From contig NIVC01001115.1 of assembly GCA_002269645.1 (NCBI GenBank), positions 63,403 through 127,402 on the forward strand: a stretch of 64,000 nucleotides of DNA, given 5' to 3'. The notes under the pieces were generated by a model that saw only the letters and a program-made list of their open reading frames with translations, was not told the origin of the DNA and searched no databases. Positions 38,891-50,999 of the stretch are shown in pieces. This DNA comes from Macrostomum lignano. Its lineage: Eukaryota. Made by a program: the position numbers and the translations under genes. Within the stretch, counting starts at the first letter, position 1. Every line of letters starts with the position of its first letter.

Positions 38891-38927
38891 GATAGAAATA
38901 ATCCTATACATGTAGCCAAGCTTATCA

Positions 38928-39900
38928 AGCGCAGTAATCCTTGGCTATCGAGTGAAGTAATCCTTGGTTTATTAAGACCAATAATCCTTGGCTTATCGAG
39001 TGCAGTAATCCTTGGTTTATTAATAGCAATAATCCTTGCCTTATTGAGTGCAGTAATCCTTGGTTTATTAATAGCAATAATCCTTGACTTATCGAGTGCA
39101 GTAATGCTTGGTATATTAATAGCAATAATCCTTGGCTTATCGAGTGCAGTAATCCTTGGTTTTCAAAGTTCAGTAATCCTTGGTTTATTAAGAGCAATAA
39201 TCCTTGGCTTATCGAGTGCAGTAATCCTTGGTTTTCCAAGTGCAGTAATCCTTGGTTTATTAAGAGCAATAATCCTTGGCTTCTCGAGTGCAGTAATCCT
39301 TGGTTTATTAATAGCAATATTCCTTGATTATTCAAGTGCATTAATCCTTGGTTTATTAATAGCAATAATCCTTGATTAATCAAGTGCATTAATCCTTGGT
39401 TTATTAATAGCAATAATCTTTGGCTTATCGAGTGCAGTAATCCTTGGTTTATTAATAGCAATAATCCTTGGCTTATCAAGTGCAGTAATTCTTGGTTTTC
39501 CAAGTGCAGTAATCCTTGGTTTATTAAGAGCAATAATTCTTGGCTTTTCGAGCGCAGTAATCCTTGATTTATTAATAGCAATAATCTTTGGCTTATTGAG
39601 TGCAGTAATCCTTGGTTTACTAATAGCAATAATCCTTGATTAATCAAGTGCAGTAATCCTTGCTTTATTAATAGCAATAATCCTTGATTATTCAAGTGCA
39701 TTAATCCTTGGTTTATTAATAGCAATAATCCTTGATTAATCAAGTGCATTAATCCTTGGTTTATTAATAGCAATAATCTTTGGCTTATCGAGTGCAGTAA
39801 TGCTTGGTTTATTAATAGCAATAATCCTTGACTTATCAAGTGCAGTAATCCTTGGTTTATTAATAGCAATAATCCTTGTCTTATCGAGTGCAGTAATCGA
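38928..39900. repeat. 24/48-bp satellite inside element 3 (GCA(G/A)TAATCCTTGG...)
   Basis: Alternating 24-bp monomers; creates a spurious 314-aa ORF. Confidence 0.95.
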
Positions 39901-39964
39901 AGTGTTTTTATTTAGTCCTTTAATAAAAGCTTTTATTAAAAAAAATTTACAGTACTACTTTTAA

Positions 39965-40030
39965 ACTACTTAGATTCGAACCCAGGTTGCTGCATTAGCA
40001 GTCTGGTCTGTTCAGCTCTAGGCTAGCTCT
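39965..40030 (-). pseudogene. tRNA-like cassette (Ser-GCT-like anticodon loop) inside the Helitron 5' arm
   Basis: TAGCCTAGAG (A-box-like), CTGCTAA loop, GGTTCGAATC B-box and a downstream T-run. No acceptor stem and no long variable arm. Confidence 0.55.
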
Positions 40031-40984
40031 CAGAATTTGTACTACTTATATAATTCAACACTCACACCAAGTCAGGTAGAGTAAAAAGTCACACAAAGCA
40101 GTTATGACATAATCAATTTCTTAGGCAAGTCAGTACCAGTGTCTATGAAAGTTAACAATATGGTTACGTAATATAAATTGAGTACTACGCTATGCTTTCA
40201 CACTTAAAGCTGTGACGCAATTCAATTGAGTGTCAAATTCAGCCAGTACACAGACGATAAATAAAGTGTATTGTGATGCAATCTATTTTAGAATCAGAAT
40301 TCAACCAGTCAGTTTTTCTGCTAGCATTCTTACAGTGCATTTTAATGCTTGACCTTTGCAAAAAAGCATGTTTTTCGAATATTTAATCCCTTTAGCATCG
40401 AGCAATTACTTAGCCACAATGCATGTACCGTCGCGGAAAAATTTCTGATCGAATGGTGCAAGTTCAAACAAAATCGGTTGAGCCATTTTTGCTAAAATCG
40501 ATCACACGCACATATACCGACAGACCATTTTTAGTATATTAGACTAGCAATCTTCGCCCCCCGTTGGGGGACATCTTGATAGAATCTCTGTTCTCTACAA
40601 GTAACAAAAATACAGCCAAATAAAGCCTTCACAAAGACAACAGACAAACTGCTCAAATAAAGTGTAATGCAAAAAGAAATCATCCCAAGACAGCAAGCAT
40701 CCCCCAGATAGCAAGCATCCCCCAGATTGCAAGCATACCCCAGATAGCAAGCATCCCCCAAATAGCAAGCATCCCCCAAATAGCAAGCATCCCCCATATA
40801 GTAAGCTTCCCCTCCCAGATAGCAAGCATCCCCCAGATAGCAAGCATCCCCCAGATAGCAAGCATCCCCAAATAGTAAGCATCCACCAGACAATAAGTAG
40901 CTAGTGCAACAATTTCCTTAGCTCTATAGTGGCTCCTTTAAAATTGGCATGATGCTTACTTTTACGTTTAAAATTGTGTATCTT

Positions 40985-43900
40985 TTATGTTTGACATGGT
41001 GGCTCTTTTATGTTCTACATGGTGGCTCTTTTATGTTTGATTCGGGGTTTTTTAATGTCTGACATGGTGTCTCTTTTATGTTTGACATGGTGGCTCTTTA
41101 GTGTTTGACATGGTGGCTCTTTAATGTTCGACATTGTGGCTCTTTAATGTTTGATATTGTGGCTATTTAATGTTTGACATGGTGGCTCTTTTATTTTCGA
41201 CATGGTGGTTCTTTTATGTTCGACATGGTGGCTCTTTTATGCTTGACATGGTGACATGGAGTCACATATATGTTTGACATGGTGGCTCTTTTTTGTTTGA
41301 CAAGGTGGCTCTTTAATGTTTGACATAGTGGCTCTTTAATGCTTGACATGATGGCTCTTTAATGTTCGACATGGTGGCTCTTTAATGTTAGACATGGTGG
41401 CTCTTTAACTTTTGACATGGTGGCTCTTTTATGTTTGACATGGTGGCTCTTCTATGTTTGACATGGTGGCTCTTTAAATGTTTTTCATGGTGGCTCTTTA
41501 ATGTTAGACATGGTGGCTCTTCAATTTTTGACATGGTGGCTCTTTAATGTTTGAAAACGGAGTCACATATATGTTGGACATGGTGGCTCTTTATGTTTGA
41601 CATGGTGGCTCTTTTATGTTTGACATGGTGGCTCTTTTATGTTTGACAAGGTGGCTCTTTAATGTTCTTCATGGTGGCTCTTTTATGTTTGACATGGAGT
41701 CACGAATATACTTGACATGGTGACTCGTTAATGTTAGACATGGTGGCTCTTTAATGTTTGACCTGGTGGCACCTTAATGTAATGATGGCTCTTTAATGTT
41801 TGAAATGGTGGCTCTTTAATGTTCGACATGGTGGCTCTATAATGTTAGACATGGTGGCTCTTTAATGTTCGATATGGTGGCTCTTTAATGATAGACATGG
41901 TGGCTCTTTAATTTTTGACATGGTGGCTCCTTAATGTTCGACATAGTGGTCCTTTTATGCTTGACATGGTGGCTCTTTAATGTTTGACATGAAGTAACAT
42001 ATATGTTGGACATGGTGGCTCTTTAATGTTCGACATGGTGGCTCTTTAATGTTTGACATGGTGGCTCTTTTATGTTTGACATGGAGTCACGAATATACTT
42101 GACATGGTGACTCGTTAATGTTAGACATGGTGGCTCTTTAATGTTTGGCCTGGTGGCATCTTAATGTAATGATGGCTCTTTAATGTTTGACATGGTGGCT
42201 CTTTAATGTTTGACATGGTGGCTCTTTAATGTTAGACATGGTGGCTCTTTTATGTTTGACATGATGGCTCTTTAATGTTTGACATAAAGTCACATATATG
42301 TTGGACATGGTGGCTCTTTAACGTTGGACATGGTGGCTCTTTAATGTTAGACATGGTGGCACTTTAATGTTCGACATGGTGGTTCTTTAATGTAAGAAAT
42401 GGTGGCCTTTAATGTTAGACATGGTGGCTCTTTAATGTTTTACATGTTGGTCCTTTTATGTTTGACATGGTGGCTCTTTTATGTTTGACATGGTGGCTCT
42501 TTAATGTTCGACATAGTGGCTCTATAATGTTAGACATGGTTGCTCTGTAATGTTCGACATGGTGGGTCTAATGTTCGACAGGATGGCTCTTTAATGTTAG
42601 ACATGGTGGCTCTTTAATGTTCAACATGGTGGCTCTTTAATGTTAAACATGGTGGCTCTTTAATGTTAGACTTGGTGGCTCTTTAATGTTTGGCCTGGTG
42701 GCTCTTTAATGTTAGACATGGTGGCTCTTTAACTTTTGACATGGTGGCTCTTTTATGTTTGACATGGTGGCTCTTCTATGTTTGACAAGGTGGCTCTTTA
42801 AATGTTTTTCATTGTGGCTCTTTAATGTTAGACATGGTGGCTCTTTAATTTTTTACATGGTGGCTCTTTAATATTCGACATGGTGGTCCTCTTATGCTTG
42901 ACATGGTGGCTCTTCAATGTTTGACATGATGGCTCTTTAATGTTCTACACGGTGGCTTTTTTTTCGACATGGTGGCTCTTTAATGTTTGGCATGATGGTC
43001 CTTTTATGTTCGACATGGTGGCTCTTTTATGCTTGACATTGTGGCTCTTTAGTGTTTGACATGGAGTCACATATATGTTTGACAAGGTGGCTCTTTCATG
43101 TTTGACATGGTGGCTCTTTTATGTTTGACATGGTGGCTCTTTTATGTTTGACATAGTGGCTCTTTAATGTTCGACATAGTGGCTCTATAATGTTAGAAAT
43201 GGTTGCTCTGTAATGTTCGACATGGTGGGTCTAATGTTAGACTTGGTGGCTCTTTAATGTTTGGCCTGGTGGCACCTTAATGTAATGATGGCTCTTTAAT
43301 GTTTGACATGGTGGCTCTTTTATGTTTGACATGGTGGCTGTTTAATGTTTGACATGGTAGCTCTTTAATTTTTTACATGGTGGCTCTTTAATGTTCGACA
43401 TGGTGGTCCTCTTATGCTTGACATGGTGGCTCTTCAATGTTTGACATGATGGCTCTTTAATGTTTTACATGGTGGTTTTTTTATTTGCGACATGGTGGCT
43501 CTTTAATGTTTGACATGATGGCTCTTTGATGTTTGACATGGAGTCACAAATATACTTGATATGGTGACTCGTTAATGGTGGACGTGGTGGCTCTTTAATG
43601 TTGGACATGGTGGCTCTTTAATGTTGGACATGGTGGCTCTTTTATGTTAGACATGGTGGCACTTTAATGTTCGACATGGTGGCTCTTTAATGTAAGAAAT
43701 GGTGGCTCTTTAATGTTAGACATGGTGGCTCTTTAATGTTTTACATGTTGGTCCTTTTATGTTAGACATGGTGGCTCTTTAATGTTTTACATGTTGGTCC
43801 TTTTATGTTTGACATGGTGGCTCTTTTATGTTTGACATGGTTGCTCTTTAATGTTTGACATGTTGGTCCTTTTATGTTAACATGATGGCTCTTTAATGTT

Positions 43901-46900
43901 CTACACGGTGGCTTTTTTATTTTCGACATGGTGGCTCTTTAATGTTTGGCATGATGGTCCTTTTATGTTCGACATGGTGGCTCTTTTATGCTTGATATGG
44001 TGGCTCTTTAGTGTTTGACATGGAGTCACATATATGTTTGACAAGGTGGCTCTTTAACGTTCTTCATGGTGGCTCTTTTATGTTTGACATGGAGTCACGA
44101 ATATACTTGACATGGTGACTCGTTAATGTTAGACATGGTGGCTCTTTAATGTTTGGTCTGGTAGCACCTTAATGTAATGATGGCTCTTTAATGTTTGAAA
44201 TGGTGGCTCTTTAATATTTGACATGGTGGCTCTTTAATGTTTGACATGGTGGCTCTTTAATGTTAGACATGGTGGCTCTTTAATGTTTGGCCTGGTGGCA
44301 CCTTAATGTAATGATGGCTCTTTAATGTTTGACATGGTGGCTCTTTAATCTTAGACATGGTGGCTGTTCAATGTTTGACATGGTAGCTCTTTAATTTTTG
44401 ACATGGTGGCTCTTTAATGTTTGACATGATGGCTCTTTAATGTTCTACATGGTGGCTTTTTTATTTGCGACATGGTGGCTCTTTTATGTTTGGCATGATG
44501 GCTCTTTGATGTTTGACATGGAGTCACAAATATACTTGACATGGTGACTCGTTAATGGTAGACATGGTGGCTCTTTAATGTTCGACATGGTGTATTTTTA
44601 ATGTTAGACATGGTGGCTCTTTAATGTTCGACATGGTGGCTCTTTTATGTTGGACATGGTACCTCTTTAATGTTAGACATGGTGGCTCTTTTATGTTTGA
44701 CATGATGGCTCTTTAATGTTCGACATAGTGGTCCTTTTATGCTTGACATGGTGGCTCTTTAATGTTTGACATGTTGGTCCTTTTATGATTGACATGGTGG
44801 CTCTTTTACGTTTGACATAATTGCTCTTTAATGTTCTACATGGTGGCTTTTTTATTTTTGACATGGTGGCTCTTTAATGTTTGACATTGTGGCTCTTTAA
44901 TGTTTGATATTGTGGCTATTTAATGTTTGACATGGTGGCTCTTTTATTTTCGACGTGGTGGCTCTTTAATGTTTGACATAAAGTCTCATATATGTTGGAC
45001 ATGGTGGCTCTTTAATGTTGGACATGGTGGCTCTTTAATGTTAGACATGGTGGCACTTTAATGTTCGACATGGTGGTTCTTTAATGTAAGAAATGGTGGC
45101 CTTTAATGTTAGACATGGTGGCTCTTTAATGTTTTACATGTTGGTCCTTTTATGTTTGACATGGTGGCTCTTTTATGTTTGACATGGTGGCTCTTTAATG
45201 TTCGACATGGTGGCTCTATAATGTTAGACATGGTTGCTCTGTAATGTTCGACATGGTGGGTCTAATGTTCGACAGGATGGCTCTTTAATGTTAGACATGG
45301 TGGCTCTTTAATGTTCAACATGGTGGCTCTTTAATGTTAAACATGGTGGCTCTTTAATGTTAGACTTGGTGGCTCTTTAATGTTTGGCCTGGTGGCACCT
45401 GAATGTAATGATGGCTCTTTAATGTTTGACATGGTGGCTCTTTAATGTTAGACATGGTGGCGGTTTAATGTTTGACATGGTAGCTCTTTAGTTTTTGACA
45501 TGGTGGCTCTTTAATGTTCGACATGGTGGTCCTCTTATGCTTGACATGGTGGCTCTTCAATGTTTGACATGGTGGCTCTTTAATGTTTGACATGGTGGCT
45601 CTTTAATGTTCGACATGGTGGCTCTATAATGTTAGACATGGTTGCTCTGTAATGTTCGACATGGTGGGTCTAATGTTCGACAGGATGGCTCTTTAATGTT
45701 AGACATGGTGGCTCTTTAATGCTTGACATGATGGCTCTTTAATGTTCGACATGGTGGCTCTTTAATGTTAGACATGGTGGCTCTTTAACTTTTGACATGG
45801 TGGCTCTTTTATGTTTGACAAGGTGGCTCTTTAAATGTTTTTCATGGTGGCTCTTTAATGTTAGACATGGTGGCTCTTTAATTTTTGACATGGTGGCTCT
45901 TTAATATTCGACATGGTGGTCCTCTTATGCTTGACATGGTGGCTCTTCAATGTTTGACATGATGGCTCTTTAATGTTCTACACGGTGGCTTTTTTTTCGA
46001 CATGGTGGCTCTTTAATGTTTGGCATGATGGTCCTTTTATGTTCGACATGGTGGCTCTTTTATGCTTGACATTGTGGCTCTTTAGTGTTTGACATGGAGT
46101 CACATATATGTTTGACAAGGTGGCTCTTTCATGTTTGACATGGTGGCTCTTTTATGTTTGACATGGTGGCTCTTTTATGTTTGACATGGTGGCTCTTTAA
46201 TGTTCGACATGGTGGCTCTATAATGTTAGAAATGGTTGCTCTGTAATGTTCGACATGGTGGGTCTAATTTTCGACATGATGGCTCTTTTATGTTAGACGT
46301 GGTGGCTCTTTAATGTTCAACATGGTGGCTCTTTAATGTTAAACATGGTGGCTCTTTAATGTTAGACTTAATGGCTCTTTAATGTTTGGCCTGGTGGCAC
46401 CTTAATGTAATGATGGCTCTTTAATGTTTGACATGGTGGCTCTTTTATGTTTGACATGGTAGCTCTTTAATTTTTTACATGGTGGCTCTTTAATGTTCGA
46501 CATGGTGGTCCTCTTATGCTTGACATGGTGGCTCTTCAATGTTTGACATGATGGCTCTTTAATGTTCTACATGGTGGTTTTTTTATTTGCGACATGGTGG
46601 CTCTTTAATGTTTGACATGATGGCTCTTTGCTGTTTGACATGGAGTCACAAATATACTTGATATGGTGACTCGTTAATGGTGGACATGGTGGCTCTTTAA
46701 TGTTGGACATGGTGGCTCTTTAATGTTGGACATGGTGGCTCTTTAATGTTAGACATGGTGGCACTTTAATGTTCGACATGGTGGCTCTTTAATGTAAGAA
46801 ATGGTGGCTCTTTAATGTTAGACATGGTGGCTCTTTAATGTTTTACATGTTGGTCCTTTTATGTTTGACATGGTGGCTCTTTTATGTTTGACATGGTTGC

Positions 46901-48200
46901 TCTTTAATGTTTGACATGTTGGTCCTTTTATGTTAACATGATGGCTCTTTAATGTTCTACACGGTGGCTTTTTTATTTTCGACATGGTGGCTCTTAATGT
47001 TTGGCATGATGGTCCTTTTATGTTCGACATGGTGGCTCTTTTATGCTTGATATGGTGGCTCTTTAGTGTTTGACATGGAGTCACATATATGTTTGACAAG
47101 GTGGCTCTTTAACGTTCTTCATGGTGGCTCTTTTATGTCTGACATGGAGTCACGAATATACTTGACATGGTGACTCGTTAATGTTAGACATGGTGGCTCT
47201 TTAATGTTTGGCCTGGTGGCACCTTAATGTAATGATGGCTCTTTAATGTTTGAAATGGTGGCTCTTTAATATTTGACATGGTGGCTCTTTAATGTTTGAC
47301 ATGGTGGCTCTTTAATGTTAGACATGGTGGCTCTTTAATGTTTGGCCTGGTGGCACCTTAATGTAATGATGGCTCTTTAATGTTTGACATGGTGGCTCTT
47401 TAATCTTAGACATGGTGGCTGTTCAATGTTTGACATGGTAGCTCTTTAATTTTTGACATGGTGGCTCTATAATGTTTGACATGATGGCTCTTTAATGTTC
47501 TACATGGTGGCTTTTTTATTTGCGACATGGTGGCTCTTTTATGTTTGGCATGATGGCTCTTTGATGTTTGACATGGAGTCACAAATATACTTGACATGGT
47601 GACTCGTTAATGGTAGACATGGTGGCTCTTTAATGTTCGACATGGTGTATTTTTAATGTTAGACATGGTGGCTCTTTAATGTTCGACATGGTGGCTCTTT
47701 TATGTTGGACATGGTACCTCTTTAATGTTAGACATGGTGGCTCTTTTATGTTTGACATGATGGCTCTTTAATGTTTGACATAAAGTCCCATATATGTTGG
47801 ACATGGTGGCTCTTTAATGTTGGACATGGTGGCTCTTTAATGTTAGACATGGTGGCACTTTAATGTTCGACATGGTGGTTCTTTAATGTAAGAAATGGTG
47901 GCTCTTTAATGTTAGACATGGTGGCTCTTTAATGTTTTACATGTTGGTCCTTTTATGTTTGACATGGTGGCTCTTTTATGTTCGATATGGTGGCTCTATA
48001 ATGTTAGACATGGTTGCTCTTTAATGTTCGACATGGTGGGTCTAATATTCGACATGATGGCTCTTTAATGTTAGACATGGTGGCCCTTTAATGTTCAACA
48101 TGGTGGCTCTTTAATGTTAAGCATGGTGGCTTTTTAATGTTAGACATGGAGTCACGTATATGTTCGACATGGTGGCTCTTTAATGTTTGACATTGTGCTT
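40985..48200. repeat. ~7.2-kb satellite of a 23-bp unit (ATGTTTGACATGGTGGCTCTTTA)
   Basis: About 310 units with recurrent variant monomers and an internal ~3-kb block duplication. Confidence 0.98.
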
Positions 48201-48255
48201 TTTTGTGTTTAGCATTTTGTGTTTTTAAGGTGTTTTAATAAAAAAATCTTTTTGA

Positions 48256-48320
48256 ACTACTGAGATTCGAACCTAGGTCGCTGCATTAGCAGTCCAGTCT
48301 GTTCGCATCTATGCTATCTC
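48256..48320 (-). pseudogene. tRNA-like cassette, second copy
   Basis: CTGGA-CTGCTAA-TGCAG anticodon arm, CTAGG-TTCGAAT-CTCAG T arm and a T-run downstream. Confidence 0.55.
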
Positions 48321-49174
48321 TTGTCAAATGGAGAACATGAATTGTGGCCCTTTAAATTCAATTCTTACAGCAAGTCGGTTAGAGTAAAAAGTTATGACAT
48401 AATCAATTTCTCAGTCAGCCAGTATCAGTGTCAATTTAAGTTCGCAATATTGTTACGCAATTTCAATCAAGTTGTGTGTGCATTTCTTCGGCACTGTTTT
48501 CAACTTGTTGTGATGCAATCTTTATCAGAATTGAAATTTAGTCAGTCAGGTTTTTATCTAGCATTCTTACAATGCATTTCAAGTCGAAAAGTTTGCTTGA
48601 CCTTTGCAAAAAAGCATGTTTTTGGAATATTTAATCCCTTTAATATTGAGAAATTTCTTAGCCAAGATGCATGTACCGTCCCAGGAAAATTTCTGATCGA
48701 ATGGTGCAAGTTTGAAGAAAATCGGTTGAGCCATTTTTTCTGAAATCTATCGCATACCCATATACATACAGACAACTCATTTTTAGTATATAGACTAGCA
48801 ATCTTCGCCCCCCTTGGGGGCATCTGTATAGAATCTCTGTTCTCTACAAGTAACAAAAAGACAGCCAAATAAAGCCTTGACAAAGACAACAGACAAACTG
48901 CTCAAATAAAGTGTAATGCAAAAAGAAATCATCCCAAGACAGCAAGCATCCCCCAGATAGCAAGCATCCCCCAGATTGCAAGCATCCCCCAGATAGCAAG
49001 CATCCCCCAAATAGCAAGCATCCCCCAGATAGCAAGCATCCCCCAGATAGCAAGCATCCCCAAATAGTAAGCATCCACCAGACAATAAGTAGCTAGTGCA
49101 ACAATTTCCTTAGCTCTATAGTGGCTCCTTTAAAATTGGCATGACGCTTACTTTTACGTTTGAAATTGTGTATC

Positions 49175-49915
49175 TTTTATGTTTGACATGGTGGCTTTTT
49201 AGTGTTTGACATGATGGCTCTTTAATGTTCGACATGGTGGCTCTTTAATTTTTGACATGGTGGCTCTTTAATGTTCGACATGGTGGCTCTTTAATTTTTG
49301 ACATGGTGGCTCTTTAATGTTTGACATGGTGGCTCTTTTATGTTTGACATGGTGGCTCTTTAATGTTTGACCTGGTGGCACCTCAATGTAATGATGGCTC
49401 TTTAATGTTTTACATGGTGGCACTTTCATGTTCGACATGGTGGCTCTATAATCTTCGACATGGTGGCTCTTTAATGTTCGACATGGTGGCTCTTTAATGT
49501 TAGACATGGTGGCTCTTTAATGTTTGACCTAGTGGCACCTCAATGTAATGATGGCTCTTTAATGTTTTACATGGTGGCACTTCATGTTCGACATGGTGGC
49601 TCTATAATCTTCGACATGGTGGCTCTTTAATGCTCGACATGGTGGTCCTTTTATGCTTGACATGGTGGCTCTTTAATGTTTGACATGGTGGCTTTTTTAT
49701 TTTTGACATGGTGGCTCTTTTTTAATGTTTGGCATGGTAGCTCTTTAATGTTCGACATGGTGGCTCTTTAATTTTTGATATGGTGGCTCTTTAATGTTCG
49801 ACATGGTGGTCCTTTTATGCTTGACATTGTGGCTCTTTAATGTTCGACATGGTGGTCCTTTTATGCTTGACATTGTGGCTCTTTAATGTTAGACATGGTG
49901 GCTCTTTAATTTTTA
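49175..49915. repeat. 23-bp satellite (same unit as 40985-48200) in the 3' region of element 1
   Basis: About 32 units. Confidence 0.97.
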
Positions 49916-50999
49916 ACGTTTGTTAAACGTTTTTGACGTTTGTAACGCAAGAATTTTTTGTATTTTTTTTGCGAATAAACTTGAAAAGTACAAAGTGAAA
50001 CTTATGAACATGGCATTAAAAGTACAACCGATATGTCACGTATACATAGCGTGTGCAATGGCTGCATGTGACCAGATGAGTTCCTTTAATACTCTACGTT
50101 AGTCTATAGTCGCAGCCCTCGGATTCGCTCATTCCTGCCCTCAAATCCATAGTCAGAACAATCAGTTCGGCTCTATTTCCTTAGCCTTTGCGCTTTGCCT
50201 CAGTCTATTCGTATTTATTGTTTCGCCAAAGATTAAGAAATGAAGTAAGACAAAAGCTTCATTCAGGGCCTTCGCCTTAGTTAAAATTGACATCTTGTGA
50301 GTTTCGTATATTATTCAACTTTCAATATATGGAAGACGAAGGCCCCGTCGCAAGTTGATGCAAATCGTTTTTTATGAGCTTACAGTCCACAGTTGTTACA
50401 GGTGACTTGAGATATTTTGGATTTTTGAAAAAAAAGACTGTCACTCGTAGTTTGCGTAAAAATTCACTCTAAATGTTAAGTTTTTGCACACCTTGGAAAA
50501 CTAAAAACAAAATTGTTTCGTCTTTTGCATAAATTTGCGATATAAAATAGGTAAAGTTAGTATTCGAATTATAATGAAATTTCAGGTGAAAAATAAAAGA
50601 CAAATTAACTGCTCATCAAAGACTTAATTCATTCAAAGCAGTGCAAAAGAAGGTTTGTTTCAAAAGTTACTTTCGGCTAATATGAAATTGCCTTAAAATA
50701 CAAATTAACGGTAAAATGACTGTAAAAATTAATACAATGAATAAAATAAGCCTAATTGAGCTTCAGCATTAAGTTCATCAGCTATTAGCTCGTACTCACT
50801 GCCATTGCAATATCTACGCTTCGTTAGAAATGAGGTTGGGGCAATAAGTTTCCTGCGATTCTTTTAGGAATGAGAGCTACCACTTAAGAGATATGGGGAA
50901 ATAATTATTCTATTTTTCCTTAAAAATAAATGAATATACTTTCTAGCCTTTTGCACAAGGAAAATTATTGCTCACCCCTCATTTTTTACGATAAATAAA

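Larger units (their letters stand above)
38321..40543 (-). mobile_element. Non-autonomous Helitron (element 3, 2.2 kb)
   Basis: 5' TCTAATATACTAAAA at 40543. 3' hairpin CCCCGAAGGGG followed by ATTGCTAG|T at 38321. Confidence 0.8.
40544..48794 (-). mobile_element. Non-autonomous Helitron (element 2, 8.25 kb), mostly satellite
   Basis: The 5' arm (48794-48330) resembles the element 1 5' arm. The 3' ~0.45 kb is nearly identical to 48795-49200. Termini are TC and CCCCCAACGGGGG..TTGCTAG. Confidence 0.85.

Noticed and set aside
38925-39869. 314-aa LLINQG-repeat protein
   Set aside because: Translation of the 24/48-bp satellite inside a Helitron.
39965-40030. Functional tRNA-Ser gene (also 48256-48320)
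   Set aside because: No acceptor stem, imperfect arms, no long variable arm, and embedded in a TE.
40531-49507. GDACYL and KSHHV repeat ORFs
   Set aside because: Translations of the 18-bp subterminal repeat and the 23-bp satellite.
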